Of a stretch of 64,000 nt of DNA, positions 10,433 to 20,553 are shown piece after piece; within the stretch, counting starts at the first letter, position 1; every line of letters starts with the position of its first letter. The DNA is from Hyphomicrobium sp. (GTDB taxonomy: Bacteria; Pseudomonadota; Alphaproteobacteria; Rhizobiales; Hyphomicrobiaceae). The position numbers and the translations under genes were made by a program. Where the stretch lies: positions 35,737 to 99,736 of the forward strand of contig JALHMJ010000011.1 of assembly GCA_022844105.1 (NCBI GenBank). Reading direction: 5' to 3'. The notes below the pieces were generated by a model, which saw only the letters and a program-made list of their open reading frames with translations, searched no databases and was not told the DNA's origin.

Positions 10433-11047
10433 ATGATGACGCCTAAGTCCAAGCGCAGGCCGGGCACGGGCACGACCCTTGAAGGGCAGTTGCTCCTGGC
10501 CATGCCGATTATGACGGACAAGCGGTTCGCGCGCTCCGTCATCTACCTGTGCGCCCACTCGAAAGAAGGCGCCATGGGCCTCATCATCAATCATCGGGCC
10601 GACCATATAACATTTCCCGACCTGCTCGATCGCCTCGGCATCATTCCGCGCGGCCCCGATGACACGATCGCCTCGGATTTCCTCGATCGCGAAGTGCACT
10701 CCGGCGGCCCTGTGGAAACGGGCCGCGGCTTCGTCTTGCATACCGCCGATTATCACGCGAGCGATAGCACCTTGGCGATTGCCGGCGGCATTAGCCTCAC
10801 GGCCACGATCGATATTCTGAAGGCGATCGCCGCCGGTCGCGGACCGCAGCGTTCGATACTCGCACTCGGTTACGCGGGCTGGTCAGCCGGTCAACTCGAA
10901 AATGAAATCCAGGCCAACGGTTGGCTCAATTGCCCAGCCGATGCAGACATCATGTTCGAGACCGACCTTGACTTGAAGTATGAGATGGCGATGGCACGCA
11001 TCGGCGTCAACCCGTCGTTCCTCGTCGCTGAAGCCGGCCACTGCTAA
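10433..11047 (+). CDS. yqgE: YqgE/AlgH family protein (UPF0301)
   Basis: LEGQLLLAMPIMTDKRFARSVIYLCAHSKEGAMGLIINH and GYAGWSAGQLENEI motifs. Confidence 0.85.
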   Translation: MMTPKSKRRPGTGTTLEGQLLLAMPIMTDKRFARSVIYLCAHSKEGAMGLIINHRADHITFPDLLDRLGIIPRGPDDTIASDFLDREVHSGGPVETGRGFVLHTADYHASDSTLAIAGGISLTATIDILKAIAAGRGPQRSILALGYAGWSAGQLENEIQANGWLNCPADADIMFETDLDLKYEMAMARIGVNPSFLVAEAGHC

Positions 11048-11102
11048 CGCCACTTTCGTCCACCTGCCACGTCCGCAATTCGTGTTCAGCGCGCCGTGCC
11101 GT

Positions 11103-14100
11103 TCATTCGGCGGCATCCGAGTCGGGCTTGTCGGGAGCGGGTGGTCCGCCAGCCAGCCGCTGCAAACTGGCGGCGATATTTGGCGGCAGCTTGTCGTAAT
11201 TCGCCAATGGCCGCACCGTCGTCGGCGTTCGCGGCGGTGCCGTGCGCACAGGCTGCTGCAAGGGAGTGGCGCGCACTGGCGCTATCGACTGCTGCGGAGC
11301 GGACATGGGCGGCGCTTGCGGCGCCGATTGCGCTGCCGCGGACGACATTGGCTGCGGCGCCTGGGCTTGTGGCATGTGCGTCTGCGGTGCGGACGCATGC
11401 GCTGATGCGGCCTCGGCGGTCTGGAACGCAGCCGAGAGATCGCGCAGGGGATGCCCGACGTGAGGCGGCTGCGACATCGGATTAAGCCCGGCCGGACCGG
11501 CATCACCGGTATCGAACATTGGCGGCATCGGCGGAACGGGCGATGAGTTGGCCGGTTGGCTGTGTGGATGCAGGGCTTGCGGCCGTAAGGCGGCCAGCCC
11601 CGGCACCTCGAACGGCGCCGGCGTCATGGCCGGCGGTGGCATGGGTGGCATCATGGGCTGCAGCGGTGCGGGCGCGGCCGGCGGAGGCGGCATCGGCGGC
11701 TTAGTGTCGGCGCGCGGCCGAACATTCGACTTCGCCATACCGTTGCGCGGACGCAGCGGCACCGTCGTTGGATCGTCCTGCGGAACCTGCGGCGGCCGCT
11801 GACCTGGCTGGAGACCTGGCTGGACGCCTTGAGGCGGCGGAGGCGGCTGTCCCTGCGGTCCGGCGGCCACAGCCGCAGCCATGACCGGCGCGGCAACGCC
11901 ATCCATCGGCGGCGCGACGGCCTGCTGCGCGGCATCGGCTTTGGCGGCGACCTGTTCGGCCGCGTCGTCCTTGCGCTTGGTGCGGACCGCCGCCCGGAAC
12001 AAACCGCGCGGCTGAATACGCCGCTCCGATTTGCGCACCAGCTTCAAAAGCTGCAGCACGTCGCGCTCGCTGATCGGGTCGCCGTAATAAAAGCCCTGAC
12101 CGAATTCGCATTCAATCGAGCGCAGATAGCCGACGTCCTCATCGGTTTCCACGCCTTGCACGATGACCTTGCGCCCGAGTTCGTGCGTCATGGCGGTCAC
12201 GGCGCGCAGCATGCCGCTGGCTGTCGCATCCGCCCCGCCGTTGCCATCGAGCAAACCGCGATCGATGCGCACGGCCTCGAATGGCAACCGCCCGAGATAG
12301 AGCAGCGACGAATAACCGGTGCAGAAATCATCCAGCACGAGTTCCGCTCCCGCGCTGCGCAACCACTCGAGCATTTCTCCCGAGTGCTCCGGATTATCCA
12401 TCACCATGGCTTCGGGCACGCCAAGCTTAAGCGAGCCCTTGACCACCTGATGCCGGGCCAGCGCCTGCCGAATATCCTGCGCGGTCGTCTGGTCGACCTT
12501 CAGTGCCAGCGGCAGGTTGAAATTCACAAACAGCGCATTGTCAGCGCGCGGCAATTCCTTTTGCCAATGCGCGCAATCCTTCAGCGCCTGATTGACGACC
12601 ATCTGGACAGTTCGCACCCACAGGTCCGCCGACCCCTCCCACTCCAGATAGCCGAAGGGATTGATCAGCCCATGCTTGGGATGATCCCAGCGCACGATGG
12701 CCTCGAACCCCGCCAGCTCTTCCATCGGCATATAGACGATGGGCTGATAGAGCACCTTGATCTGGCCCTTCTCCACCGCCTTGCGGATTTCCGCATCCGC
12801 CACCGCGCGCTCATCCGTCTGCTGGCGCATATCGGGTCGGAAAATTTCGATCCGGTCAGCACCGCCGCGCTTGGCGCGATACATCGCCGTCTCTGCCTCC
12901 CGCAAGAGTTCCCGGTCATCCGCCTGATGCCCGTCGTAAATCGCGATGCCGAGCGAACCGGTCAGCACGATTTCCTGTCCCGCAAGCTTGATCGGCGATC
13001 TCAGGCTGCGCCGCACGCGCTCGGCAAGCCCCGCCAACTCCTGCGCCGGTCGCTCCTTGATCAGCAAGATCGCGAAACGGTCTCCGGCCGCCCGCGCCAG
13101 CGTGTCTTCCGGCTCCAAGTGCCGCTGAAGCCGCCGCGCCACCGTCAACAGCAGACTGTCGCCGACCACCACGCCATACGAAGCATTGACCGACCGGAAC
13201 TTGTCGATGTCGATAAACAGAATTGTCGGCCTCACCGTCGGCTCGCTGCGCGCCCGCTGCATCGCAATCGAAAGCCGGTCTTCCAGCAGCTGTTTGTTCG
13301 GCAGCCCGGTCAGCGAACACTTCACCGCGTCGGTCATCAGACGTTCCTGCGCCCGCTTGATGTCCGTCACATCGCGCAGCAGTCCAACGCTTTTCACCGT
13401 CCGACCGTCCTGGCTCGGAATGGTTGACGCCTCGACCTCGAACCAGCGATAGGCATTGTCCGTGTGTCTGAGCCGGAACACACACCGCATCTGCCCGTCG
13501 TTTCGCTCCTCGTTCGAAACCAGCGACAGCCGGAACCGTTCCCGGTCGGCCGGATGAATGTGCCGGCAGAAATCTTCCACCTTGGTGTTGAGTTCACCTG
13601 GGTTCAGCCCGAGAGCCGCTTCCACGTTGGAGGAAACCTTCACCTCGTCGCGGCGCGCACTCCACTCCCAGACGCCCGCGCCCGCCGCCTCGACGGCGAC
13701 CGAGCGCAATTGCAGTTCCGTCGGTGATGAACCGTAGATCGGCTCCAGCGATTTAAAGGCGAACTGCGTCACCGTGAAACCGATCAGCAAGACGATCAGC
13801 ACCAGCCCTGCCACAAGCCCCGACACGACCATGTCACCGGCAAGTTGTCCGGTCAGCGTCACCGCCGTGCCGAAGCACCACACGAACAGCAATAGCCACG
13901 TCGGAATGAGTGCCAGCGCTCGATCCTGGCCGCGCAACGCAAGAAACAGCGTGACCAACATGCCTCCGACGGCCAGCAACGCGAACGAGAGCCGCGCAAA
14001 CGTCGAGGCGAGCCGCGGATCGATGACCGCCACCGCGACGAGAGCCAACTGCGCCACGATCCACACGCTGAACAGCATCCGCGCCAGCCCGTGCCACAGC

Positions 14101-14915
14101 GGAATGCGCAAAAAGAAATACAGAAAGATGGCGAGGCTTGCCGCCATCGACGCTTCCGTCGCCGCTCGGTAGACAGCGTTATTCTCGGCCTTGAGCTGAA
14201 ACAGCTTGTGGAAGAATCCGAAATCGACGCACAGGTAGCCCAGCACGCACCACGCGACGAGCGCGCCGGCTGGAAAGATGACCTTGTGATTAGCCGCGAA
14301 GATCGCGGTCAGAAACACCGCCAAAAGGCCCGTCAAGCCGAGCATCACGCCGTTGAAAAGCTGCCGTTCGCGAACCTTCAACTCGTAGTCGAGCGGCTTC
14401 CAGACGAAAATGCGCGCGAACCGCTCCGACGACAATTCTGCGACGTAGGTGATCGTCTGTCCAGGTTCCAGCGTGATCCGGAACAGGTCGGCACGATCGC
14501 TGTCGATGCGTTCCGGTACGAAGCCGATCGAGGGAGTCACGGTCTCGATGCGCCGCGCATCGAGGTCGGGCCACACCACGCCGGACCCGATGATGGTGTA
14601 CCGGTCCGCCGAGATCCAACGCTCGACGGCGATTTCACCCGGATTGTGCAGGGCAAACACCATCCAGCTCGGGTTCGTCCCCGGCGTGGTCGCGCGCACC
14701 GAAAGTCGCCCGGTCGTTCCGTCGGCATTGGCCGCCGTTTCGATCTGCAAGCTGTCGCCGCGGCCCTCGTAAAGCTCACCCCGCGTCGTAATCTCGATGC
14801 GCCCCTGGTCCGGCGCCACCGTAATAGCTTCCAGCGCGACAGCCGGCGCACTGACCGCCATCCAAGCGGAAAAGCAAATGGCAACGAGCGCAGCGATGCG
14901 GGCGAAGAGCGTCAC
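11103..14915 (-). CDS. 7TMR-DISM sensor / PAS / degenerate GGDEF / degenerate EAL protein with a Pro/Ala/Gln-rich C-terminal tail
   Basis: Signal-like N-terminus, periplasmic domain, 7 TM helices. PAS (GVWEW...RFRLS...YRWFEVEA). AGDRF in place of GGDEF. EAL domain (QPIV...GFEAIVRW, DDFCTGYSSL, QGVET, GQGFYYG). GTG start at 14915 overlaps the upstream GNAT stop (GTGA). Confidence 0.85.
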   Translation of the reverse strand: MTLFARIAALVAICFSAWMAVSAPAVALEAITVAPDQGRIEITTRGELYEGRGDSLQIETAANADGTTGRLSVRATTPGTNPSWMVFALHNPGEIAVERWISADRYTIIGSGVVWPDLDARRIETVTPSIGFVPERIDSDRADLFRITLEPGQTITYVAELSSERFARIFVWKPLDYELKVRERQLFNGVMLGLTGLLAVFLTAIFAANHKVIFPAGALVAWCVLGYLCVDFGFFHKLFQLKAENNAVYRAATEASMAASLAIFLYFFLRIPLWHGLARMLFSVWIVAQLALVAVAVIDPRLASTFARLSFALLAVGGMLVTLFLALRGQDRALALIPTWLLLFVWCFGTAVTLTGQLAGDMVVSGLVAGLVLIVLLIGFTVTQFAFKSLEPIYGSSPTELQLRSVAVEAAGAGVWEWSARRDEVKVSSNVEAALGLNPGELNTKVEDFCRHIHPADRERFRLSLVSNEERNDGQMRCVFRLRHTDNAYRWFEVEASTIPSQDGRTVKSVGLLRDVTDIKRAQERLMTDAVKCSLTGLPNKQLLEDRLSIAMQRARSEPTVRPTILFIDIDKFRSVNASYGVVVGDSLLLTVARRLQRHLEPEDTLARAAGDRFAILLIKERPAQELAGLAERVRRSLRSPIKLAGQEIVLTGSLGIAIYDGHQADDRELLREAETAMYRAKRGGADRIEIFRPDMRQQTDERAVADAEIRKAVEKGQIKVLYQPIVYMPMEELAGFEAIVRWDHPKHGLINPFGYLEWEGSADLWVRTVQMVVNQALKDCAHWQKELPRADNALFVNFNLPLALKVDQTTAQDIRQALARHQVVKGSLKLGVPEAMVMDNPEHSGEMLEWLRSAGAELVLDDFCTGYSSLLYLGRLPFEAVRIDRGLLDGNGGADATASGMLRAVTAMTHELGRKVIVQGVETDEDVGYLRSIECEFGQGFYYGDPISERDVLQLLKLVRKSERRIQPRGLFRAAVRTKRKDDAAEQVAAKADAAQQAVAPPMDGVAAPVMAAAVAAGPQGQPPPPPQGVQPGLQPGQRPPQVPQDDPTTVPLRPRNGMAKSNVRPRADTKPPMPPPPAAPAPLQPMMPPMPPPAMTPAPFEVPGLAALRPQALHPHSQPANSSPVPPMPPMFDTGDAGPAGLNPMSQPPHVGHPLRDLSAAFQTAEAASAHASAPQTHMPQAQAPQPMSSAAAQSAPQAPPMSAPQQSIAPVRATPLQQPVRTAPPRTPTTVRPLANYDKLPPNIAASLQRLAGGPPAPDKPDSDAAE

Positions 14916-15526
14916 GCGCCACCTCCCGCCTCGGTTGGATCGATGAGCCCAAACAGGAAATGATCGCGCCAAACCCCATCGATCCGCAGGTAATCGCGCG
15001 CATAGCCCTCGCGTACGAAGCCGCAGCGTTCCAGCACCCTGATCGACGCCGTATTCGACGGCTGTGTCGCCGCTTCGATGCGATGCAGGTGCAGCACGCT
15101 GAACGAGAAATGCAGAATGGTGCGCACCGCATCGGTCATGAACCCGCGCCCGGTTTCCCCCCGGCCGAGCCAATACCCAAGCGACGCCGATTGCGTCACC
15201 CCGCGCTGCACGTTAGTCAGCGCAACGCCGCCGACCAGATGCTCGTCGATGGCATCGAGCACCAGAAAGGCATAGCCCTGGTCCGCCCGCGCCTCGCGAT
15301 GATGATGCTTCGCCCGTCGCTTGAAGGCGGCCTTCGTCAGATCATCACGCGGCCACGTCGGCTCCCACGGCTGCAGATGTGTCCGGCTCTCGGCGCGCAA
15401 TTCGGCCCACGGTCCATAATCCGCGATCTGCGGCATCCGCAAAATCACGCGCTCCCCGCGTAAGGTGGACGGCACATCCGGAACAGGGCTCGATCTCAGA
15501 AAAGCCATGGCTGCGTGTTCCGCCAA
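14912..15526 (-). CDS. GNAT family N-acetyltransferase (RimJ/RimL-like)
   Basis: LVGGVALTNVQRGVTQSASLGYWLG...GRGFMTDAV...LHRIEAATQPSNTASIRVLERCGFVREG. Confidence 0.82.
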   Translation of the reverse strand: MAEHAAMAFLRSSPVPDVPSTLRGERVILRMPQIADYGPWAELRAESRTHLQPWEPTWPRDDLTKAAFKRRAKHHHREARADQGYAFLVLDAIDEHLVGGVALTNVQRGVTQSASLGYWLGRGETGRGFMTDAVRTILHFSFSVLHLHRIEAATQPSNTASIRVLERCGFVREGYARDYLRIDGVWRDHFLFGLIDPTEAGGGA

Positions 15527-15529
15527 TCC

Positions 15530-16801
15530 TCAAGCCACGAGTTTCAGCCGCAGACCAGCGCGCTGCGCAAGATCATCGCTCTTTCGGCCCGCGCCGACAA
15601 CGCTCACCGCGGCATCAGACCGGCGCAGACCGCGCGCGACCGCGACCACCTCTTGCGCGGTGACGCGATCAACGCAGTCGATCAGCTCCGACGTCGGCAA
15701 CACGCGGCCATGTAACAGCATTTGACGCGCCATCTGCTCGGCTCGCGCGGAACTCGATTCAAGGCTCATCATCAGCCCGGCCTTGAGCTGCGCCTTCGCA
15801 CGCGCCACTTCCGCGTCTGTTGGTCCCGCGTCGGCCATGCGGTCGATTTCGTCGCTCACCACGTCGATCAGCTCCCCGACCATGCCGGCCCCCGTCGCCG
15901 CGTGCACGGCAAAAAGCCCGGTGTCCTTTAATCCCCATGCCGTCGAATAGATCGCGTAACACAAACCGCGCCTCTCCCGGACCTCCTGGAACAGGCGTGA
16001 CGACATCCCGCCACCGAGCAAGCCCGAGAAGACCTGCGCGGCAAAAAACGCTTCATCCCGGTACGACGGCGCCTCAAACCCCACGATGAGATGCGCCTGT
16101 TCGAACTTGCGCGAACTCGATCGAACCCCGCCCTTGTACTTGGCCGGCTCTTCCGGTCCCGGACTGACGTTAGACAGCCCGCCGAATAGGGCTCTAGCGT
16201 GGCGGACGGCATCTTCGTGTCGGATAGCCCCGGCACCGGCCAGAACCATGCCCTTCGGGTGATACCGCTCCGCCAGGAACGCCTTCAGTTTGTTGCTCGA
16301 AATGGATTTGACGCTTTTGGGCGTGCCCAGGATCGTCCGCCCCGCCGGCTGGTCGGGAAAGGCCGCATCGTGCACCAGGTCGAACGCCAGATCGTCCGGA
16401 CTGTCGAGCGTGCCCGCGATCTCCTGCAGAATCACTTCCCGCTCCTTCTCCAGCTCCTCGTCCGCAAAAGTCGAGTTCTGGAGAATGTCAGCGATGATCC
16501 CGAAGGCGACGCCTTCGTCGCCCTTCAGAACGCGCGCGAAGTAGGCCGTGCTCTCCAGCCCGGTCGCGGCGTTCAGCTCCCCACCGACGGCCTCGATCTC
16601 CTCGGCGATGTCGCGTGTCGACCGTGTCCCGGTGCCCTTGAAGGCCATATGCTCCAGGAGATGCGACAGCCCATGCTCGTCGGCCCGCTCGTGGCGTGCC
16701 CCGGCATCGACCCACACGCCCAAGGCGCTGGTTTCCAGATGCGACGCTGTTTGCGTGACGACGGTGATCCCGTTGGCGAGCCGCGTGACTTCGGCACTCA
16801 T
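15530..16801 (-). CDS. M16 family zinc metallopeptidase (pitrilysin-like)
   Basis: Inverted zinc motif HLLEHMAFKGT. 423 aa. ATGA overlap with the thrC stop. Confidence 0.9.
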   Translation of the reverse strand: MSAEVTRLANGITVVTQTASHLETSALGVWVDAGARHERADEHGLSHLLEHMAFKGTGTRSTRDIAEEIEAVGGELNAATGLESTAYFARVLKGDEGVAFGIIADILQNSTFADEELEKEREVILQEIAGTLDSPDDLAFDLVHDAAFPDQPAGRTILGTPKSVKSISSNKLKAFLAERYHPKGMVLAGAGAIRHEDAVRHARALFGGLSNVSPGPEEPAKYKGGVRSSSRKFEQAHLIVGFEAPSYRDEAFFAAQVFSGLLGGGMSSRLFQEVRERRGLCYAIYSTAWGLKDTGLFAVHAATGAGMVGELIDVVSDEIDRMADAGPTDAEVARAKAQLKAGLMMSLESSSARAEQMARQMLLHGRVLPTSELIDCVDRVTAQEVVAVARGLRRSDAAVSVVGAGRKSDDLAQRAGLRLKLVA

Positions 16802-18243
16802 GCAGTCGCCCCCGCGGCGCGCGATATCTTTTCGACGAAACTCTCCACGTCTTTCAGATCGTTGTTGAGCACAGGATATCGTTCCGGTGCGGACATCAGC
16901 GACGACAGCCTCTCTGGCAGGCCCGGCCGCGCTCCGGTGATGTGCTGCATCGCATCGGGAAACTTGGCCGGATGCGCTGTCGCCAGGATCACCCGCGCTG
17001 TGTCACCGCAACCGCGGGTTTCCAGCACGGCCTTGGCCGCGTGAACCGCGCACGCGGTATGCGGGTCGAGAAGGTATCCGCTCGCCGAAAGCGTGTCGCG
17101 GATCGTCGCCGCAACCTCGACTTCTGACGCGCCCGCCGCCCCGAACTCCATCCGCAAAGCGGCCGCCTGCGCCTCCGTCAAAACAAATCGACGGCCCTGC
17201 GCCAGCATCTGCATTTGCCGCGCGACAAGGTCCCCATCCCGGCCCGACGCTTCAAACAGAAAGCGCTCGAAATTTGACGAAATTTGAATGTCCATCGACG
17301 GCGATGAGGTCACCACAACATCGCGCATCTCGTACACGCCGGTCTCCAGCGTTCGCGGCAGGATGTCGTTCTGGTTCGATCCGATGACCAACAGCTCGAT
17401 CGGCAACCCCATCCGCCGCGCCACGTAACCAGCGAAGACATCCCCAAAATTGCCCGTCGGAACCGAGAACACGATTTTGCGATCGGGCGCGCCGAGAGCC
17501 GCGGCGGCCACAAAATAGTAGGTCACCTGCGCAACGATGCGGCCCCAGTTGATGGAGTTGACACCCGACAGATTGACCCGGTCGCGGAACGCATGATCGT
17601 TGAACATGGCCTTCACGAGAGCCTGGCAGTCGTCGAATGTTCCTTTCACCGCCACGGCATGTACGCTCGTCTCCGTCGGCGTCGTCATCATCCGCCGCTG
17701 CACGTCCGAGACGCGCCCGTCGGGAAACAGCACCACAACGTCAACGCGCTCCGAGGAGCGAAACGCTTCAATCGCCGCCCCGCCCGTATCGCCCGAAGTC
17801 GCCCCGACGATTGTCGCGCGCTGACCGCGCTTTGTCAGCACGTGATCCATCAGCCGCGCCAGCAGCTGCATGGCGACGTCCTTGAACGCCAGCGTCGGAC
17901 CGTGGAACAGCTCAAGAACGAAGGTCTGCGGATCGATCTGCACGAGGGGCGTTGTCGCCGGATGGCCGAAGGTGGCATAGGCGCCCTGCGCCATCTCCGT
18001 CAGCTGCGCATGCGTCAGCGAGCCGCCTGTAAACGGCCCGATGACCTCGACGGCCACCTCCGCAAATGGGCGGCCGGCAAACGATGCGATCGTCTCCGGG
18101 TCGATCACGGGCCACGTCTCGGGCAGATAGAGCCCGCCATCGCGGGCAAGTCCGGCCAGCAGCACGTCTTCGAAGCTGAGAACGGGCGCACGGCCTCTGG
18201 TGGAAATGTAATTCACGAGGGTATTTGAGCTTTCGTCCGACAA
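16798..18243 (-). CDS. thrC: Threonine synthase
   Basis: YISTRG N-terminus, PTLAFKDVAMQ PLP-lysine motif, ATSGDTGGAA. Confidence 0.92.
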   Translation of the reverse strand: MSDESSNTLVNYISTRGRAPVLSFEDVLLAGLARDGGLYLPETWPVIDPETIASFAGRPFAEVAVEVIGPFTGGSLTHAQLTEMAQGAYATFGHPATTPLVQIDPQTFVLELFHGPTLAFKDVAMQLLARLMDHVLTKRGQRATIVGATSGDTGGAAIEAFRSSERVDVVVLFPDGRVSDVQRRMMTTPTETSVHAVAVKGTFDDCQALVKAMFNDHAFRDRVNLSGVNSINWGRIVAQVTYYFVAAAALGAPDRKIVFSVPTGNFGDVFAGYVARRMGLPIELLVIGSNQNDILPRTLETGVYEMRDVVVTSSPSMDIQISSNFERFLFEASGRDGDLVARQMQMLAQGRRFVLTEAQAAALRMEFGAAGASEVEVAATIRDTLSASGYLLDPHTACAVHAAKAVLETRGCGDTARVILATAHPAKFPDAMQHITGARPGLPERLSSLMSAPERYPVLNNDLKDVESFVEKISRAAGATA

Positions 18244-18337
18244 GAATTGGCCCCCGATCCCGTGGTTCGGTGGCGTGGCATGACCCTAAGCCCCGGCTCC
18301 GGCGCGAACAAGTCCACGTCCTCCAGGCTTCGACGGC

Positions 18338-19114
18338 TTACGCACGATCATCCGACGGGCGGGGCGGGTTGATCCGCTGGATGGCATACAGAATATAGAT
18401 CGCCGCCAGCGCCACGGCGAGGCCGAACCACGTCATCGCGTATTCCAGATGCCGGTTCGGCAAAGCCAGCAGGGTTGTACCACCTCTCGGCCATCCGCCG
18501 GGTGCGGCGCCTTCAGCGTCGACGAACAGCGGGATGAGTTTCGCCGGTTCCGCATTCGCGGGATATGACGCTGCGATCATGCCGTCAAAGTCGCGCCAGA
18601 ACCAAAGGTTCGCCTTCGGATCGTTGTCGGGCACGAAGCGCGCATGCTGTCCCGGCAACCGGATCAGGCCGGCCACGTCGGTCTCTCCCGCGATCTGCCC
18701 CTGGGCGCGCGAAGCAGGATCTTTGAACTGCTCCGGCACGAAACCGCGGTTGACGATCAGGGTTTCGCCGGCTTCCGCAAGAACAAAGGGCGTGAACACT
18801 TGGAAGCCCGGCCCGATTTCCAGACTAGGCGCATACAAATACATTTCCTTGTCATTGAGAAATCGCCCGCGCATGGAGACGTGCTTGTATTCCAGGTCGC
18901 CCCACCCGCCCGGCATGTGGCCCGCAGCCTGATCGAGCGCCTGCCGGATCGGAACCGGGGCCGAGGTGCTGCGGTCGGCGATCGCCTGTAACAGACTTTC
19001 TTTCCAGGCCAGCCTATCGAGCTGCCAGAACCCCAGCCACGTCAGCAGAGGCAGCGCCACGGCAACCATCAGCGTTGGCAGCAACAGCTTTGTTTCGCGC
19101 AAACGTGCCAGCAT
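18338..19114 (-). CDS. SURF1 family cytochrome oxidase biogenesis protein
   Basis: LGFWQLDRLAWKE, VNRGFVP, NRHLEYAMTWFGLA motifs. Start taken at MLARL (19114). Confidence 0.88.
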   Translation of the reverse strand: MLARLRETKLLLPTLMVAVALPLLTWLGFWQLDRLAWKESLLQAIADRSTSAPVPIRQALDQAAGHMPGGWGDLEYKHVSMRGRFLNDKEMYLYAPSLEIGPGFQVFTPFVLAEAGETLIVNRGFVPEQFKDPASRAQGQIAGETDVAGLIRLPGQHARFVPDNDPKANLWFWRDFDGMIAASYPANAEPAKLIPLFVDAEGAAPGGWPRGGTTLLALPNRHLEYAMTWFGLAVALAAIYILYAIQRINPPRPSDDRA

Positions 19115-19142
19115 GATTTTGAGCTTCCTTCGCCCCGCTCCC

Positions 19143-19508
19143 TTACGGAGCCAGCCGGCCCTCTTCGGCCTTGTGTTTATATTGCAGGGCAATGAGCAGC
19201 GCCTTCAGGAAGCGCAAAAGCCCCAGTGCAATCAGCGGCGTGAGAAGTCCCCACAGCACCACGTGCTGCCAGACCGGCGGATTGAACGTGAACTCGAACC
19301 ACAGCGCCGCGCCGAGGATGCCGAAGCCCAGAATGAAAATCGCAAACACCGCCGGACCGTCGCCCGTATCGATGAATGCGTAGTCGAGACCGCACGCGCC
19401 GCAAGTATCGCGCAGCACCAGCACCTGCTTGAACAGCGCGCCCTTGCCGCAGCGTGGACAGCGCGCCAGTGCCGCGCTGTTCATGACGGCTGCCTTGCGT
19501 TCGGTCAT
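19143..19508 (-). CDS. DUF983 family zinc-ribbon membrane protein
   Basis: CPRCGKGALF...CGACGLDY followed by two TM helices. Start taken at MTERK (19508). The ORF-track upstream extension is rejected because it overlaps ctaE. Confidence 0.75.
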   Translation of the reverse strand: MTERKAAVMNSAALARCPRCGKGALFKQVLVLRDTCGACGLDYAFIDTGDGPAVFAIFILGFGILGAALWFEFTFNPPVWQHVVLWGLLTPLIALGLLRFLKALLIALQYKHKAEEGRLAP

Positions 19509-19593
19509 CGCGGCCTCCAGCCGGCGTTTCGAAAACGGCAAGGGCGGCCTCGTCGGACCGCCCCCGCCAATCTCAAACCTTGCCGGCCCTCGA

Positions 19594-20553
19594 TCAGTGC
19601 GCGGCGGCAGCAACGATCTTGCCGGCGCCCCAAACGTAGATGCAGGCGAACAGGAACAGCCAAACGACGTCGACGAAGTGCCAGTACCAGGCGGCCGCTT
19701 CAAAACCAAAGTGCTGCTTTGGACTGAAATGGCCCTTCATCGCCCGCAACAGGCAGACCAGCAGGAAGATCGTGCCGATGATGACATGCGCGCCATGGAA
19801 GCCCGTAGCCATGAAGAACGTCGAGCCATAGGAATGGCCGGCGAACGTGAAGCCGGCGTGGCTGTATTCGACAAACTGCAGCACGGTGAAGGTCGCGCCG
19901 AGCACGACGGTGGCGGCGAGGCCGGCAATAAGCTGGCCGCGCTTGTTCTCCAGCAGCGCGTGGTGCGCCCACGTCACCGTGCAACCCGAGAGCAGCAGGA
20001 TCAGCGTGTTGACGAGGGGCAGGCCCCACGGATCAAAGGTGTGCGAGAAGTTTCCCTCCGCCGGCGCGCCGGTTGCGGGAATTGTTGCTTCCGTCATCTC
20101 GACCGGTACCGGGGGCCACTGGCCGCCGAACAGTTCGTTGCGTTTCACGAGGCCAACGGCGGTCTGCATGTTCTCGTAGGAATAAGTCCCGTTGGGGAAC
20201 AGCGCGACATCGAAGTAGGCCCAGAACCAGGCCACGAAGAACATCACCTCCGAGGCGATGAACAGCAGCATCCCGTATCGCTGATGAATCTGCACCACCG
20301 GTGTATGCTGGCCGGTCTGCGCTTCTATCACGACATCGCGCCACCACATGAATGAGATGATGCAAAGACCGAGTATGCCGGCGGCAAAAATGCCGGGGCC
20401 CTGCACACCAAAAAGACCCGTGCCGCCGCCCGTCGAGCGCATCCAGATGATGGACCCGACCGCGGTGACGAATGCCGACAACGCGGCGAGGATCGGCCAC
20501 GGACTCGGATTGAGCAGGTGATAGTCGTGCTGATTGGCATGCGATGAGGCCAT
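19594..20553 (-). CDS. ctaE: Cytochrome c oxidase subunit III
   Basis: [64 protein letters not shown]. Confidence 0.93.
   Translation of the reverse strand: MASSHANQHDYHLLNPSPWPILAALSAFVTAVGSIIWMRSTGGGTGLFGVQGPGIFAAGILGLCIISFMWWRDVVIEAQTGQHTPVVQIHQRYGMLLFIASEVMFFVAWFWAYFDVALFPNGTYSYENMQTAVGLVKRNELFGGQWPPVPVEMTEATIPATGAPAEGNFSHTFDPWGLPLVNTLILLLSGCTVTWAHHALLENKRGQLIAGLAATVVLGATFTVLQFVEYSHAGFTFAGHSYGSTFFMATGFHGAHVIIGTIFLLVCLLRAMKGHFSPKQHFGFEAAAWYWHFVDVVWLFLFACIYVWGAGKIVAAAAH

Noticed and set aside
11829-13427. 532-aa plus-strand ORF
   Set aside because: It is antisense to the PAS-GGDEF-EAL region. Its composition is Arg/His/Leu-rich and it has no motifs.
14916-15173. N-terminal 86 codons of the ORF-track 1356-aa GGDEF-EAL ORF
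   Set aside because: This part overlaps the GNAT gene in another frame. GTG 14915 overlaps the GNAT stop and is followed immediately by a signal/TM-like sequence.
19509-19709. Upstream extension of the DUF983 ORF
   Set aside because: It overlaps the ctaE 3' end, is Pro/Arg/Gly-rich, and an internal ATG gives the canonical family N-terminus.
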